This document shows positions 1-13,203 of a stretch of 64,000 nt of DNA, piece by piece; positions within the stretch are counted from its first letter, which is position 1, and each line of letters begins with the position of its first letter. The position numbers and the translations under genes were made by a program. Source of the DNA: Moniliella sp. 'wahieum' (lineage: Eukaryota); NCBI GenBank assembly GCA_003971905.1, contig RSEE01000056.1:124001-188000 (forward strand). The letters run 5' to 3'. The notes beneath the pieces were generated by a model. It made no database searches and was not told the DNA's origin. It worked only from the letters and a program-made list of their open reading frames with translations.

Positions 1-599
1 ACATGTGGCCATGTTGGTCTGGGTCTACGTGATGACGCTGACAACCTCTCCTTTTTGTCGGCACCCGTGTCAGATGTATATTACATGGCCATAAAATGAT
101 GATCGATGAAGATGACGGAAATGGAATACGAAGGTAGTAATCGAGGCAGGACTCGTCGGAGGACAGAGAAGGGCCCAGTCCTAGGCAGCCTCGTATTCGT
201 CCTGAGGCCTGACGACGGAAGAGGGTACATATAAAAGAGGAGGTATATCACCGCCCAGCAGAGCTCCACACTGGAGGGGACTTAGTACTAGTACTTGAGG
301 CTCATGCCAGGGGGAAAAACGATATATATGTTGGGCAGAGTTATCCTCTCCTGTCCAAAGGTTGTTGGGAAGTTGTTGGGAGGCTGTTGGGAGGGACGAG
401 TCGGACAAAAGAGAGCAGCAAAGAAAGGAACAAAACAAATGAGCGAAAGGGTAAAGTCTACACCGAAAACAGCAAAACAGGCACGCAAGGCGCGAGGGAA
501 GGAAGACGTGATGGTGGGAGACCGGAAGGAAACGGGATGGGAGACGGGGGACGGAAACCTGACCGACCCAAGCCATCAACCACTAATCAGAAGACCGCA

Positions 600-3500
600 C
601 TAGGCTCCGACGCGCACCGGCGGGGGGAGCAAGAGGAGGGAACGACTTGACTTGGGATCGTCCGTCCTGACGGGGGCCTCGTCATTCATCCTGTTTGGCT
701 TGGGCCCTGCGATCCAGGCAGAGATGGCGGGGAGGGTGAACGGCTACCCGTCCCATGGTCTTTGGGGGCGGGGCAGGGGCCGTAGCCTAAGCTAGGCGCA
801 GGTTGGCTGGTGCACTGGACGCACTGGGATATCGTGTGTGTCCAGGTGGAAGGAGTGGGACCTGTACCGCGCGTCGCGCGGGGTACGTTTTTTTGCCCAA
901 GGGTTTGGAGCGGGGGTAAATGTGATGGATCCAGGGTGGAGTAAGGCCTGGGAAGGGGTGAGACGTGTATGTGGTCCCAGTCGAGGCAACGGGTAAGAAA
1001 GTCAAGGAAGAGTAGGTCGAAGCAGCGAGGGTTTGGCTCGGTCTTGCTTCCTGGTATACGGTGTTTGCTTTGAGTTGGTTAGGTGGAGTGGGGAACCGGT
1101 TTCTGAGAAGAAGAGTTGTGGCGCGAAGCTGGAGCCAGCACCGAGGAGGAAGTATACCGAAAAGTTCCATAATGCAAGCTAGTTGTTCCTCTTCGTTCTC
1201 CCCCGGGAACAGCGGGTATCCCATGTACATCTCGGCCAAGATGCAGCCCAGACTCCACATGTCGATCTCTGATAGGATAGGATAGGTATGGCATTAGGTG
1301 CCGACAGATGCGTCATGTCAATTGTCAATACGGGTCGTGCTAATGCATAAGGGACAGCAACTACCAGACCATAATCGATACCGAGGATGACTTCCGGCGC
1401 CGGTAAAAGCGACTTTGGATGTAAGTATAGATACTTTGGTTGGCAAAGCACGCCGAGCCAAAATCAATGAGTTTGATACGACATTGTCGTGGGGTGAACA
1501 AGGAGGATGTTCTCGGGCTTGAGGTCGCAGTGGACGAGGCGATGTTGTTGAAGCAGGTTGAGCGCCGTCAAAGCCTGGAGGGCAAAGCACCTGATGAGCC
1601 GGAGCGAACAGCCGTTAAAGGAGGTACACTTGAGTAGACTCGTATAAGTTGATGCTCAGTAATTCCATCACGATGCACAGGTGATTACGGAATGAGAATG
1701 CGTCGCGAACATGAATGAGTGCCTTGTTATCCTCCTCATCCCAACTAGCCAACTGAGAAAGTACCTCGCTCTCCAACAACGCTTGTTGGTGGAACCGTTT
1801 CTTGTTGCGAATCAGTTTGACTGCGACCCAGTCCCCCGTCTTGTGATCTTTGCATTTGAGTACTTGGCCAAACGACCCGCGCCCCAGAGACTGTACCACC
1901 TCGTACCGGTATCCCAAATGATCTTGCACCACCACCTGGTAATCACCCTTATCATCGTCGTACCCAAAGTTGTTTTGGGGGAAGGCCAGCGAGGCAAGAT
2001 GTTTTCGTGCTGTGCCAGCGTAGTACACCTTCTTGCCTTTCATGCTTGTCTGCATCTCCCACTCTTCGTACTGGGACAAGACGTTGCCAAACATGACCTC
2101 AGCTTGGCGTACACTGAATTCGCGCGACGGGACCGTTGCGACGGGAGGGTCAAAGTGCTGATTCAAAGTCGCCTGGGACACGCCTTGAGCCCGCTTACGC
2201 GCTTGGTATTGCTCAATGTACATGTTCATCTCTTCGTCACCCACGATCCGGTCTCTCTCATGTTCTTCTGCCCCTCCAACGGTGTGGGAGCCACTTGAGC
2301 ACCAGCAAGTCGGCAGTAACCGAGGTTAAGGGACCCGCGCCGCTCTCGTGCGTATGCCGTGGTGCATTTATCGTCATATCCGCTTCTTGCCCGGCGCTGC
2401 GGATCTCGTCTGCACGCAGTATGAGACCATGAAGAATCTCTTCCTCTTCCAACGTCAGGCTCGAGGGCGGGTGGGCAAGCAGGTTCCGAACTCGTGGCAT
2501 GATCTGTTCCGTCTCCTTGACCGTCTTTGCCTCGGCGCAATCGTTTAGAAGGGTGATGATAGTGGAGATAAACCGAGGGAAGCTTGAGTTCCGCTTGACA
2601 TTTGGACCGACTGGGAGGAAGGGTGGAGCGAAGCAGAAGCACGATGGGCAAGGCGAGTATCGTCCACTTGCTTTTGTAACATGTTGGAAGGGTGCGATGA
2701 GTGGGGGATGGGGTGGAGCTGGACCGTGATAGGAATCGCGAGTCTGTTGCAGCAGCGAGACGAGGAGGCACAACTCCCGTGCCTCGGCCTGGGGTGAGCA
2801 CATCGGGACTCAGAGGGGAGATGTGAAAGTGGGAGGGGGTATATCTGGCACAACATAACATGGCTGGCCCTCCCTGTCCCCTCTGCGTCGGGTAAGGTCC
2901 ATGCTCATCACCTTCGCTCGGCTGAAGTGGTGCGAGTGGGCCGGCCGGCTTAGCGGCGCGGATGAAGGACATGGGCGACTTGCTCACCCCAGGCCCAGGC
3001 AGCGTTGTTGTTCTTGTTCTTCGAGGGGGGAGAGAAGGGGTTTGGGTTTGAGTTTGGGTTTGGTCGCAGGACGAGCCAATACGGTGTGCCTGAACTGCAC
3101 CACCAAGAGCAGGGATGTCGATGATGTTCTCCCCCTCTCCCTCTCCTGGCTTTGTCCCATTGGTTGGTTCGGTTGCAAGGAGCTGGCTGAGGGATGTGCT
3201 CCATTTCCATGACCCTGAGGGTAACAGTGCCCGCATCCTGCTTGGTCGGGAAGGAGATGTACAGTCGGCGCCAGCTTCCGACAGGGGGCGGGAGGGACGA
3301 GAGCTGCGGGACCCACGCCGACTACGTCGGAAAAAGGTGGGAGTCCAACGAGATTTGGGACGACTTTCTCTTCCTTCGGCCGGAGTCGAACGTGCAGTGC
3401 GCTCCCCCGTTGCGACAAGTTTCTGTTCCATCCAACCAGTTGACATGGCCATCGCAGCTGAAACAGAGGCAGAGGCCGCGACGGGAGGTGCATGGGTCGG

Positions 3501-5300
3501 AACGTTTGACGCCCCGCCGTTAGCCGTAACGGCGGAGGTAGATGATACCGGACCATGAGCTACAGCGCCCAATATGCCTACCCTCGTAGGCTGTTCTGGG
3601 TCAGTAGAGAGAGGTTGGGGTAAAGGAGGGTCTCTGCGCAGGCTCTCTGCCGCTGCAGTGGGGAGAGGTCTGGTTGGTGTGGGTGAGCCCGGTAAGATTC
3701 TAACCTGTGAGGGAGAGGAGACAGGAGGAAGAACAGGACTGGACTCCCCTTTCTTGCCTGGCAACTTGATGGCCAACTTGGACATGCGCCGGGCCTTGTG
3801 AGAAGTAATTTCATCAGCTGGGGGGGCGCGAGCCAGATTCTCAACCGCGATGTCAGTTGGAGATTCCTTGTCCTTGTCCTTATCCTTATCCATATCCTTA
3901 TCCTTATCCTTCTGCTTCTCTCTGATAGCATATTCGGAGGAGGGGCGGAAGACGCGTGAGAGACCCGAGAGGCTCAGTCGACGGGGGAACGGTGCGGGAC
4001 GGAGTGGGCGGAAGCGTGACTTGGGACTTATCTTCCGAGGCGTGAATCCCAGCCCCAGCTTGCTTCCCACTTGGCGATACGGGGGGTGGAAGTGCGGGAG
4101 CGAAAGCGGGAGCGGGAAGGGGCGGGCGCGGGAGCGGACCTTGTCAAGATGAAGTGAGGGAAGAAGTTTGGCGCGGGCAGATGGAGCAGATGGACCGGGC
4201 TGCGGGCAAGGAGTACGGTTCAGGTCACCGTCGCCAGCGGGTGCAACAGCAGGATTGATACCCAACTTGGGGAGCGTAGCTGAAGAGGCTTGGTACGCTC
4301 GCGGAGAAGACGGGTTGGACTTGGACAGCCGCTGGGCACATGAAGTAGCCGCATGGGACAGGGATTGGGGTTGGGGTTGGGACGTATTGGGAGACGCGCG
4401 GGCAGAGGCATGGGTAGCAACCGTGGCATCACTGCCCTACCGGGCCGGGGCGATACGCCTGGGCTGGGAGGGTAGAGGTGGAAGGATCGGGGGGAGAGAA
4501 GCAGGTAAGAGTCGGGTGCTGTGGACGCTGATACGGGGCCTTTCCAGGCTGAGGGGGGCAGGGCAGGGCCGTTGGACAAGGTAATAGCTGGGATGGAGCG
4601 CGAGTGAGCGGGGGAAGGGGTGGGACTTTGCTGGGGAGATGCGACTGGCCAGGTGGGCATGGGCGGAAGGAGGGGAGGCAGTGAGGGGTTGAGGTTGGGG
4701 TTGCGGTTGGGGTTGGGGGCGTGGGGGCGAGCGCGAGGGCGAACGCGAGGGAGCGGGGTAAAAAAGGCGGCGCAGGGGAAGCGGGAGGGACAAGCGTGGG
4801 AGCGAGATGCGGGAGGATTATGGTGTGCTGGGGCACTGGGGGTAAGGGAATCGCGCCGGGGCGGAGGCGGGGAGGGGAGGGAAGGATGGGCGCGCACAGG
4901 GCTGGGAGAGAGCTGGGGAAGAGGGGTCAGTGGTGGATTGAGCTTGTTCAAAGCGAGGGATACGCACGTGAGGCGGCAAGAGTGCTGGCGAGGCAGCTGC
5001 CGACGGGGGCCGACGGGGAGCCGATGTGGGGGCTGACGCGGACACGGCAAGGGCAGGCTGGGTGAGCTGGGTGGGCGCAGGGGCGCAGTGGGCGCGGCGG
5101 CGGGGTGGGGAGGGCGGGCAAGGCGAGGGAGCTGGCGAGCGAGGCGGGGGTGGCGGAGGCGGAGGCGGTCGAGGAGAGAGAAAGCGGCTGGGGGCTCGAC
5201 GTGCTCCAGCCCGTCGATGGGCACTTGCAACTCCTCGTCCTCGTCGTCCGAGGCGGGCCGCAGCAGAGGCAGCGCGGACGGGGCGGCGGCGGTGTCCATG
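600..5300 (-). CDS. Class-2 DYRK family (Pom1/Ppk15/DYRK2-like) dual-specificity protein kinase with long low-complexity N-terminus; frameshifted, intron near 1272-1345
   Basis: DH box [35 protein letters not shown] (ORF 1615-2244). [33 protein letters not shown] and [26 protein letters not shown] read across frames. Start (MDTAAAPS ~5300) and end (TAG 602-600) are approximate. Confidence 0.9.
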
Positions 5301-5649
5301 GCGGGGATGGGGGCAGGAGCAAGGGAGGAGGAGGAGGCGCATGCATCTGTCTGTGCTGTTCCTGAGGCTGCCCATGCGCGGCGTGGGCGGCGTGGTACCA
5401 GCCAAGCAAGACAGCTGCGCCACACGTCCATCCGCCATCAGCGCAGCCATCTCTCCCAGCTCCCCCACACGTCACATGTGATGTACTCTCCCATCCCCAG
5501 CACCACATCACGTGTCCTTGCCTTTCAATATCAATGCACACCTTCAGCACTCCCCCGCCCCCTTGCACGCCAGCTCGGATCTACGCCCCCCCCCTTGCCT
5601 CATCTCCCGTCTCATGCCATAGGATAGGCACGCGACGGCCATTGCATTG

Positions 5650-7235
5650 CTACAGCGTCCGTGCTCCCACAGTGATGGTGTAGTGGTGCAGCAGCAACTC
5701 GAGCTCCTCCAGCTCGTCCAGCCCCTCCACCTGCGACAAGCGCGCCTTGGTTCCCGACGGGATCGTGGCCCAGATGGTGGACAGGGCGGTGGTGTTAGCC
5801 TGGACATGCACATCCGCATGGGCCGCACTCGAACTTGACACCGACGTCGAAGGTGAAGTTGAAGTTGACGCCGACATCGAAGCCGACGCCGACACCGGTG
5901 GGGCAAGAGCGTGGCGCATCCGCCGCACATGATCTTCCGGTACGCACGTGGCTTTTGCGCCGGGGATCGTGAGTCCGCGTGCGGCGAGGTTGTGGAGCAT
6001 GACCTGACCAAACTCAGATACCTTCCTGTGACCCTGTGGCTTACTCTTACTGTCGCCCGTGTACCCTGAGAGCACCACGTCGTAACTTACCACTGCGACT
6101 TGGGGAGCTGCACGGAGCACATCGGACGCCAAGTAGCGCAGTACGGATTCGCCCACCTCCGGGGCAGGTAGAGCAAGAAACATTCTGCCACCAGTACAGT
6201 TGGTAGGCTAGGGTCCAGTCGTTTGGCCAACGATTCCCGTAGACCGTTGGCACGTGCTGGTTCGCCCACCAGCTCACGCACATCGCACGCCATCAAGTGG
6301 TAGCCTACGACCGGTGCGTCCAGGTCGGTCCCAGAGGAAGATATGTGGACGTTGGACATATCGCCCAACGTGGTGGACAGTGCCTCGGAACGTACAATCC
6401 GCTCCACCTTGTTCTTAGTGATCTGAGCAAAGTCCAATTCGATGTACTTGGCCACCTTGGGCCCCAACACCCGATCCGCCTATCGTCTCACGTCAGCAAC
6501 CGTGCAAGCAAAGGGCGCGGGGGGGGGGGGGAGGTTAAGGGGATGAGGGGGGGGGGGGGTACTCGTAACCTGCAACACAACTTACCTTCAAGCGCCAAAA
6601 CCGGCTGTCGCTTCCGGCACCAAGACTGATGATCTGCACCGGACGCGGACCCGATCCCGATCCTGATCCCGAGGCTGGCGCTGGGGGCTGCTGTGGCGCA
6701 GGGTGACTGTGCGACAACGACTCCAATCGGAACGGTTGCCCGAGTCCAGGCAAGTTGGTGCCGAGGATAAACGCATCCACCACTTCGTCGACAGCAGCAC
6801 AGCGAAGGTAAGTACCGAGGTTAATCACAGGTGGGCGTTTCCACGCGACACTAGAAGCAACCGGTACGGCGTGGCCGCCAGGGACGACTTTCCATGCCGC
6901 CTGGCCATGGGTGGCAGGGGAAACCAATGCGGCAGCATACGGGTCGGGAGGGATGTATCCTGCCTCGATAGCGCTGAGGCGGGAAAGGAGTGCGTCGCTA
7001 TCTGTTGAACGAACGGCATCGTCAGCGGCTGTGGTGGATGTGCCGGGGGCTGGACGACGACGGTGGGAGCGCGGCCGCGCCGAGACTGAGACTGAGGTTG
7101 AGAGTGCGAGAGGGGGGGGGGAGGGTGGCGCCGCCGGGCGGCAGGGGGAGGAACAACGAGCGGAGGAGGAGGGCTGGACGGCGGCGGGTAGCGCCGCAGC
7201 GGGCGCGGCGGAGACGGGGGGGGCGAGGGAGACAT
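5650..7235 (-). CDS. PPM1: Leucine carboxyl methyltransferase 1 (PP2A methyltransferase); intron ~6470-6585
   Basis: DDAVRSTDSDALLSRLSA, RPPVINLGTYLR, QIISLGAGSDSRFWRL, YIELDF, PTVLVAECFLLYL, FGQVMLHNL, LDELEELELLLHHY: ordered LCMT1 motifs over ORFs 6535-7278, 6087-6470 and 5650-6183. Confidence 0.92.
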
Positions 7236-7610
7236 CACACGCGGTGGGCGACGGGCGGACGGGGGAAGCCAGCAGCAAGGAGTGGCAGGTGGTGCGGTGG
7301 ATTGATTAATGAGCGCCTCGGCGGTGGCCCCGGCGTGAAACATTGAGCAGCAAGATTGAGTAATTGCGGGGGTCAGGTGACCCCAAGGCATGGGCCACCG
7401 TGATCCCAATCGATGATTGGCTGCGCACAGACCGTCTGGGGCGGAACGCAGCGGAAGTAAGCTACTCGGATAATCAACCAGAGCGGGTCTCCTGTCGGGG
7501 GCACTACTTATCTGATGGGTGCCAACAAAGCTGGAGCCGCCACCACCTTAGGACCTGCTTTGGTTCGCCACTTCCAGCTCAAGCTCAAGCTGGACGGCAA
7601 GCCTGCGGCC

Positions 7611-9281
7611 ATGCACCTCGTTCGCGCGCTCGCCACTCGCGCATGGCGCACACGCGTCGCGCCCACCGCTCCTCCCGGCCGCGCGCACGTACGCTGCCCT
7701 GCTCGACCCTGCGCATTCGGTCGACTTTGAGTTACCGCGCATGCCCAAGGACGCCATCGAGGTCGTTCCCGAGATGGTGCCGGGCGGATTCGAGTACCAC
7801 TGGCACGTGCGCCCGCGGGACCAGAGTCCGCCCGTAACCCCTGTACGCCCGCACAGTCCGCACGGCATTGCTCCTTTCCCCCCGCTCGGCGCTGCTGCTT
7901 CGGCCGCCGCGCCAGCTGGCGGGGACAGCGGAGAATAGGGAAGTGCCTCACCCCGTTGCTCAGGATGGCCGATCGTTGCTTGACACGCGCCTCATCTCCG
8001 CTGCTCGGAGGGTATTCCGCGAGGCTGGTGTCCGCAGTCTGCCTGACCTCAAGCAGTTGATCAACCACTTTGATCTGCGTGCCGGCGTGCAACTGGACTT
8101 TGAGTTGCCTATGGAATCTACTCCTGCTGCGGAGCGTCGCACGCCGATCACCAGTCCTCTCACTCCGATTCAGGAGTTGCGCGCGGCACGGGACGATGGG
8201 AGCTTGTTGGTGGGGTACGTGTCGGGTCCGTTGGACGACCCATCAGCCTTGGCCGACACGCATCTACGTGTATCGGTGTGCAGTGGGTTTGCCATTAGCG
8301 GTGAAGCGCACATGCCTTCCCCTGGTGCGCTTATGGTGACCTGTGCTCACACGCTGCAAAACGCATTCCGTGTTCCTCTGGTACCGCGTGGCAGTACCGC
8401 GGCGCAAGAAGGCTTTATGCCTCAGAGCGTGGCATTTGCCATCTCGAGGCAAGGTGCTATCTATCCATCCGTCGTCTCGTCTCTTCACTTCCGCTGTCCG
8501 ATGTGATTCTGTACCAACTTGATCCTAGCCCGATCTTGCCTGCTGGATGAGCGAGCCAGGTGCGTTGCGTACGCTGCCCGTCTCCCCGTACCCGCCGTGG
8601 TTGGTACGGAGGTAGCGGTATCCTCCTTTACCGGGTGGGGGGGGGAGAGCACACCAGCGTTCCCCGGTGTGGATGTGGATGTGGGTGCGGATGTGGGTGT
8701 GGACAGGGAGGAGAGTGGGGCAGTGGACGGACGACGGTCGTTAGGGGAACGCAAGAAAGAGCTACGGAAACGAAATGTGGCTGGTCGGAGCCGGTGGGGG
8801 GCGGGCAGAAGTGATCAAGTACCGTGACGAGTGTGGGCCGAGGCGCATACCGGCACGTACGACAGCCTGTCCCAGATGGAATTCAAAGTACTTCCGTACA
8901 GCCGGGACAATCCACCTATGTGGCAAGCGCGAGAAAGCTTGAGTGCTGCCGAGTCGGATGCTGCATCTTTGCCTTTGACGCCGGGCGACAATAAGGCACG
9001 TAAGCGTCCCATGCCGGATTTCCCTCCGCCTGGCTCGAGTGGAGGGCCGGTGGTAGATGTGGCAACGGGAGCGGTGGTAGGCATGGTCCGGAGCACCAAG
9101 TACGGGTTCCTTGCTGGCCGGCACGGCGACGCGGTCCCAGCCGAGCAACTGTTCAACCGTACGTGTTTATGTTATGTTTGTGCTGGTGTGTGCAAGAGTG
9201 GAGTGGTGTGACTAGTGACTGACGCGAGTGTGTGTACGTTGAGCAGTGTTTGCGCTGCCGGGCCTGGGACGGAAGAAGTAG
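7611..9281 (+). CDS. Uncharacterised trypsin-like (Trypsin_2-type) serine peptidase, putative mitochondrial presequence; intron 9159-9246
   Basis: CSGFAI..LMVTCAHTL (His), SDVILYQL (Asp, ~8495 in shifted frame), PGSSGGPVVD..GAVVGM (Ser). N-terminus MHLVRALATRAWRTRVAP. GTACGT..CTGAC..CAG intron gives LFNLFALPGLGRKK*. Confidence 0.78.
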
Positions 9282-9720
9282 GAGCTGCGTGAGTAGGTGG
9301 CTGAGTGGAGTTTCGGCACTACCATCCACTTCTCCATTGTCAAGTGCAATCAACGTTCAATCCAACGATCATCTCCACACAACTTAGATATGCCCTGCAG
9401 CGTGTACACAGAGGTGGGTTTGCGTGCTGTGCGTGTATGTCGGTGGACAAGGGTGGCGGCCATGGGAAGGGGAAGACATGCGTGAGCGCAGGCGGAGAGG
9501 CCGGGCGCGCAATCTTAATCAGCCAGGAGCTGAGTACTAGGGATGGTGGGAGATTGAATTGATTTGATGTTTGATATTTGATCCCTCGGACAGGCGGCGG
9601 CGGAGGAGAAAGAAATGTTCATACGCGACGCGTCTGGGCGCTGGGGTTAGCATATGCCACGCTCCTCCCTCTGTCCCAGGGGAGCGGAGGCGAGGAGGCA
9701 CCACCGCTTTTCGCTCGGCC

Positions 9721-12700
9721 ATGCTCTCGCGCGTGTCGTCGCGCTGGGCCAGCGAGGATGACGACGAAGGGGCTGTGGATCGGACGCATCCACACGCCCC
9801 TCCCACCCCCACTCCCACCCCCACCCGCCCACGCTCTCCACCAATGCCGACGCATGGTACGTTCCCCCTTGGCCATGACCTGTGACCCACCACAACGCGT
9901 ATCGTGTGCTAATCCTCCACGTCGCGTCTCTCTACTCTACCCTTGGTTGGTGCTCCCCCCTCCCCTCTCCAGGGCCATGGAAACGATCGACAAGACCCAG
10001 CTCATTTCCCAGCAACAAAGGGCAGCCGAACTGGCACATGCGCGGATGCGTGCGCATCCTGTGCCTGGGCCTGCACTTGCTCCTTCTGGCCCCGCGCGTG
10101 CTGCCGCTCCCGCTCCCTCCCCCGCCCACGTGTCCGTAGTGTCCACCCATCACTTTGCGCACGCTTCCTCCGGCCCTGACGCGTCCCCACTTCCTCGTCC
10201 ATTGGACCGCGCACCTATTGATTTGGGGAGCCCCACTGCCTTTCTGGGCATCGAAGACGGTGCTACGCGGGAAGTACGATCTGCGCCTCGGTCCGGCGGC
10301 GGAGCCTACGCTATCGGCGGAGCAAAAGGAGGTGTTTGATATGGTGGTGCACGAGGGGCAGAGTCTCATGTTTACCGGGGGCGCCGGTACGGGAAAGTCA
10401 GTCTTGGTGCGTGCTATTGTCAAGTACGTGTGTGACAAGTACGGGCCGCATCGGGTTGGGATTACAGCCACCACGGGCGTGGCGGCACTGCACATTGGTG
10501 GACGTACGTTGCATTCGTGGGCTGGAGTGGGCACAGGGAACGGAACAGCAAAGCAGTTGGCGGATTACATTGCGCATGCGCGTAAAGATTGTCTTGACCG
10601 ATGGCGTCAAGCGCGTATCTTGATCATTGATGAGGTGAGTATGCTCGACCCAGTGTTTTTCGATAAACTCGAATCGATCGCGCGTGCGCTGCGACGGTCA
10701 AGACAACCTTTTGGCGGAATCCAACTCGTTCTTGTCGGTGACTTTTACCAGTTGCCACCTGTCATCGTTCCCATGGCCAATTGGAAATCGGACCACGCCG
10801 ATCACCGTAAGGCCAAGCAAATGCACGAAGAGCAAGTGGCCCAATACCCTTCTCGACTTCTATTTGATGCGTTCCGGTGGTCCAAGTGTATCCCTGTGGT
10901 TGTGGTACTGAAAACAGTGTTTCGCCAGTCGGACTCCAAGTTCGTTTCGATGCTTGAAGAACTGCGGCGTGGTCACTTGTCACTTCAGACTGTAAGGTGT
11001 TTCCAGTCCCTCTCCCGCCCTTTGCCTATCCACGATGGCATTCTTCCCACTGAACTTTACCCCACACGCAACGAGGTGAGCAACTCGAACGATGCACGTC
11101 TCCGCGCGCTGCGCACCCACACCGAAATTTACATGGCCAGGGACTGGAGCAAGGTGCACAAGGGCAAGCCCGATGCCATCTCGGACGACATCAAGACCTG
11201 GCTAGATAAGGTCACCATGTTTCCGTACCAGCTCGAGCTGCGGGAAAAAGCACAGGTCATGCTGCTCAAGAACTGCAACGAAGACTTGGTCAATGGCTCT
11301 CGTGGCATTGTCGTCCGATTCGTCCGATTCAACAAACCAGATACATTCGTGCACACCAGGGACGTGCGTTGTACCGCCTCGATGGGGTCCAGGCCAACAC
11401 GACGTCGTCGTCCCGCTCCAGCTCTAGCTCGACTCGGTCAGTCAAGGTTGAACCCCACGTTAGTACGGCCTCCAGCCGGTCCGTCAATGGAACCTCACCA
11501 CATCGCACTACCCGTCCGGCTCGACTCGGTCTGTCAAGGTCGAACCCACGCGTTTGGGGGCTCGACTCGGTCTGTCAAAGCAGAACCCCACGCGTTTGGG
11601 GGCTCGACTCGGTCTGTCAAAGCAGAACCCCACGCGTTTGGGGACTCGACTCGGTCCATCAAAGCAGAACCCAGCACCGGTTCGCGCCGTTCGCACGACA
11701 TCTCAGTCACCCAGCCTTCAACCAAGCCAGCCTCCGCCGCATCGGGCAAATTGGACGAGTTTGACGAATTTGACGATCCCGAGATGGACGCCGCGTTGAC
11801 CCAGGTTGCTCTCACCCTGGACCCAGCGGACGTATCCTCGACCTCGGCTGGGGGGGCATCTTCACGTGCTCGCACGCCCCACGCCCAAGGCGAGCGGGAG
11901 GGTGCTCCGGCGCAGGCTGACCGTCTGTCCGCCCGTCCGTTTCGTCGGGTGGAAAGTGAAGGCGCGCCGACGTGGCGGCATACGAGGTTGTTACAAGATT
12001 TGGCAGTGAGCAGGCGCAGGCGCAAGGCGCGTCCGCTCGGCCGGGGCGAGATGTCTCGCACTCGGCACTTTTCCAGCGTGCGTTCCAGCGATCCGTGTCG
12101 CAAGGGTCGCAGGCTGCCCCCGTATCTCGCACTTCGGTCGCAACTTCGCATGCGCGGGGCGCGCCTTGTCTCCCATGATGTCTTCTGCCTTGGGACGTCG
12201 TGACGAGGCACCAACCCAAGCACACACTACAGCACAATCACAAAACCTTATCGAGATTGCGCTTCCTGCGACGTCGAGTGGCGGGAAGAGTGGGTTGGAG
12301 TTGGCGCAAAGAGAACCGGATGTACCCTGTGGTGCGCTTTGTGACTGGGAAAGAGTACCTGATCATCCCAGTGGAGCACCGGGTGGAAGATTCGCTCGGA
12401 CGGGAGGAAGGGGTGCGGGTTCAAGTACCGTTAACGTTAGCTTGGTCCATGTCGATCACAAGGCACAGGGGATGACACGGATAAAGTATCGATTGACTTA
12501 TCGCGGTCGTTTGAGAAGGGGCAGGCGTACGTTGCGTTGTCGCGCGGACGGACTTGAATATGCTGCAAGTACGTGGGTTTTGGCCCGACACCGGATCCAG
12601 GCTGAGCCACTGGTGCTAGAGTGGGAAGAGAAGGTGTGCTTGCCAAGAAGGTTTTTCCGCCAACGGGAACGCAACAAGAAACGCGCCCAAGATCAAGACC

Positions 12701-12897
12701 TAGACCAAGACCAAGGGCACCAGCTGAACAAAGCCTTACCGGGCAGCAAGGATGCGCTGCGTGACGCTCAAGGACAACTGTACCGATACATGCGTCGGTG
12801 CATGCCCTGCTTGAAAAGCACAAACCGCCTACCGCGAACAAGAAGCGTCGCATCTGATTCAAGATCTGACCTCTCGCGCTATGCCACACTAAAGTGA
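9721..12897 (+). CDS. PIF1: PIF1 family 5'-3' DNA helicase with large low-complexity insertion; frameshifted
   Basis: LSAEQ, FTGGAGTGKS, ATTGVAA..IGGRTLHSWAG, IIDEVSML, PFGGIQLVLVGDFYQLPPV, LKTVFRQ, AQVMLLKN..LVNGSRG, QVPLTLAWSMSI(H)KAQG, FEKGQAYVALSR. Start (9721 with possible intron 9857-9972, or 9977) and end are uncertain. Confidence 0.95.
11426..11678 (+). repeat. 42-bp coding tandem repeat (GSTRSVKAEPHAFG) inside PIF1, 4 adjacent copies plus 1-2 diverged upstream copies
   Basis: Units start at 11518, 11559, 11601 and 11643 (ggctcgactcggtctgtcaaagcagaaccccacgcgtttggg); related unit at 11426. Confidence 0.95.
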
Positions 12898-13203
12898 AAA
12901 GAAGAGAGGTGTGGATTGGCAATCTCACGCAGTACAACTAACTATGTTCCCGTGCATGCATCCGTCATAATACCTGTTGGCAATACAGTTTTCTTCCCCA
13001 TCCGCATCCGCATCCGCATCCGCTTCTGAGCCTGTGACATAGAACCCGCCATGGGAAACTGGCCAGTCTACTGAGCATAGCGCGGCTGATTGTCTCGATT
13101 CCGCAGGGCATCCGTACGGGACGGGTTGTATAGAGTAAACCTACTGACTTTGTAGGTTCTCATGCTTTGGGCGCAGCCTGCGCAGCCTGTGCAGCCTTTG
13201 CAG

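Noticed and set aside
9721..12897. PIF1 as a Helitron RepHel
   Set aside because: No HUH/Rep domain; motifs and context are those of a host Pif1
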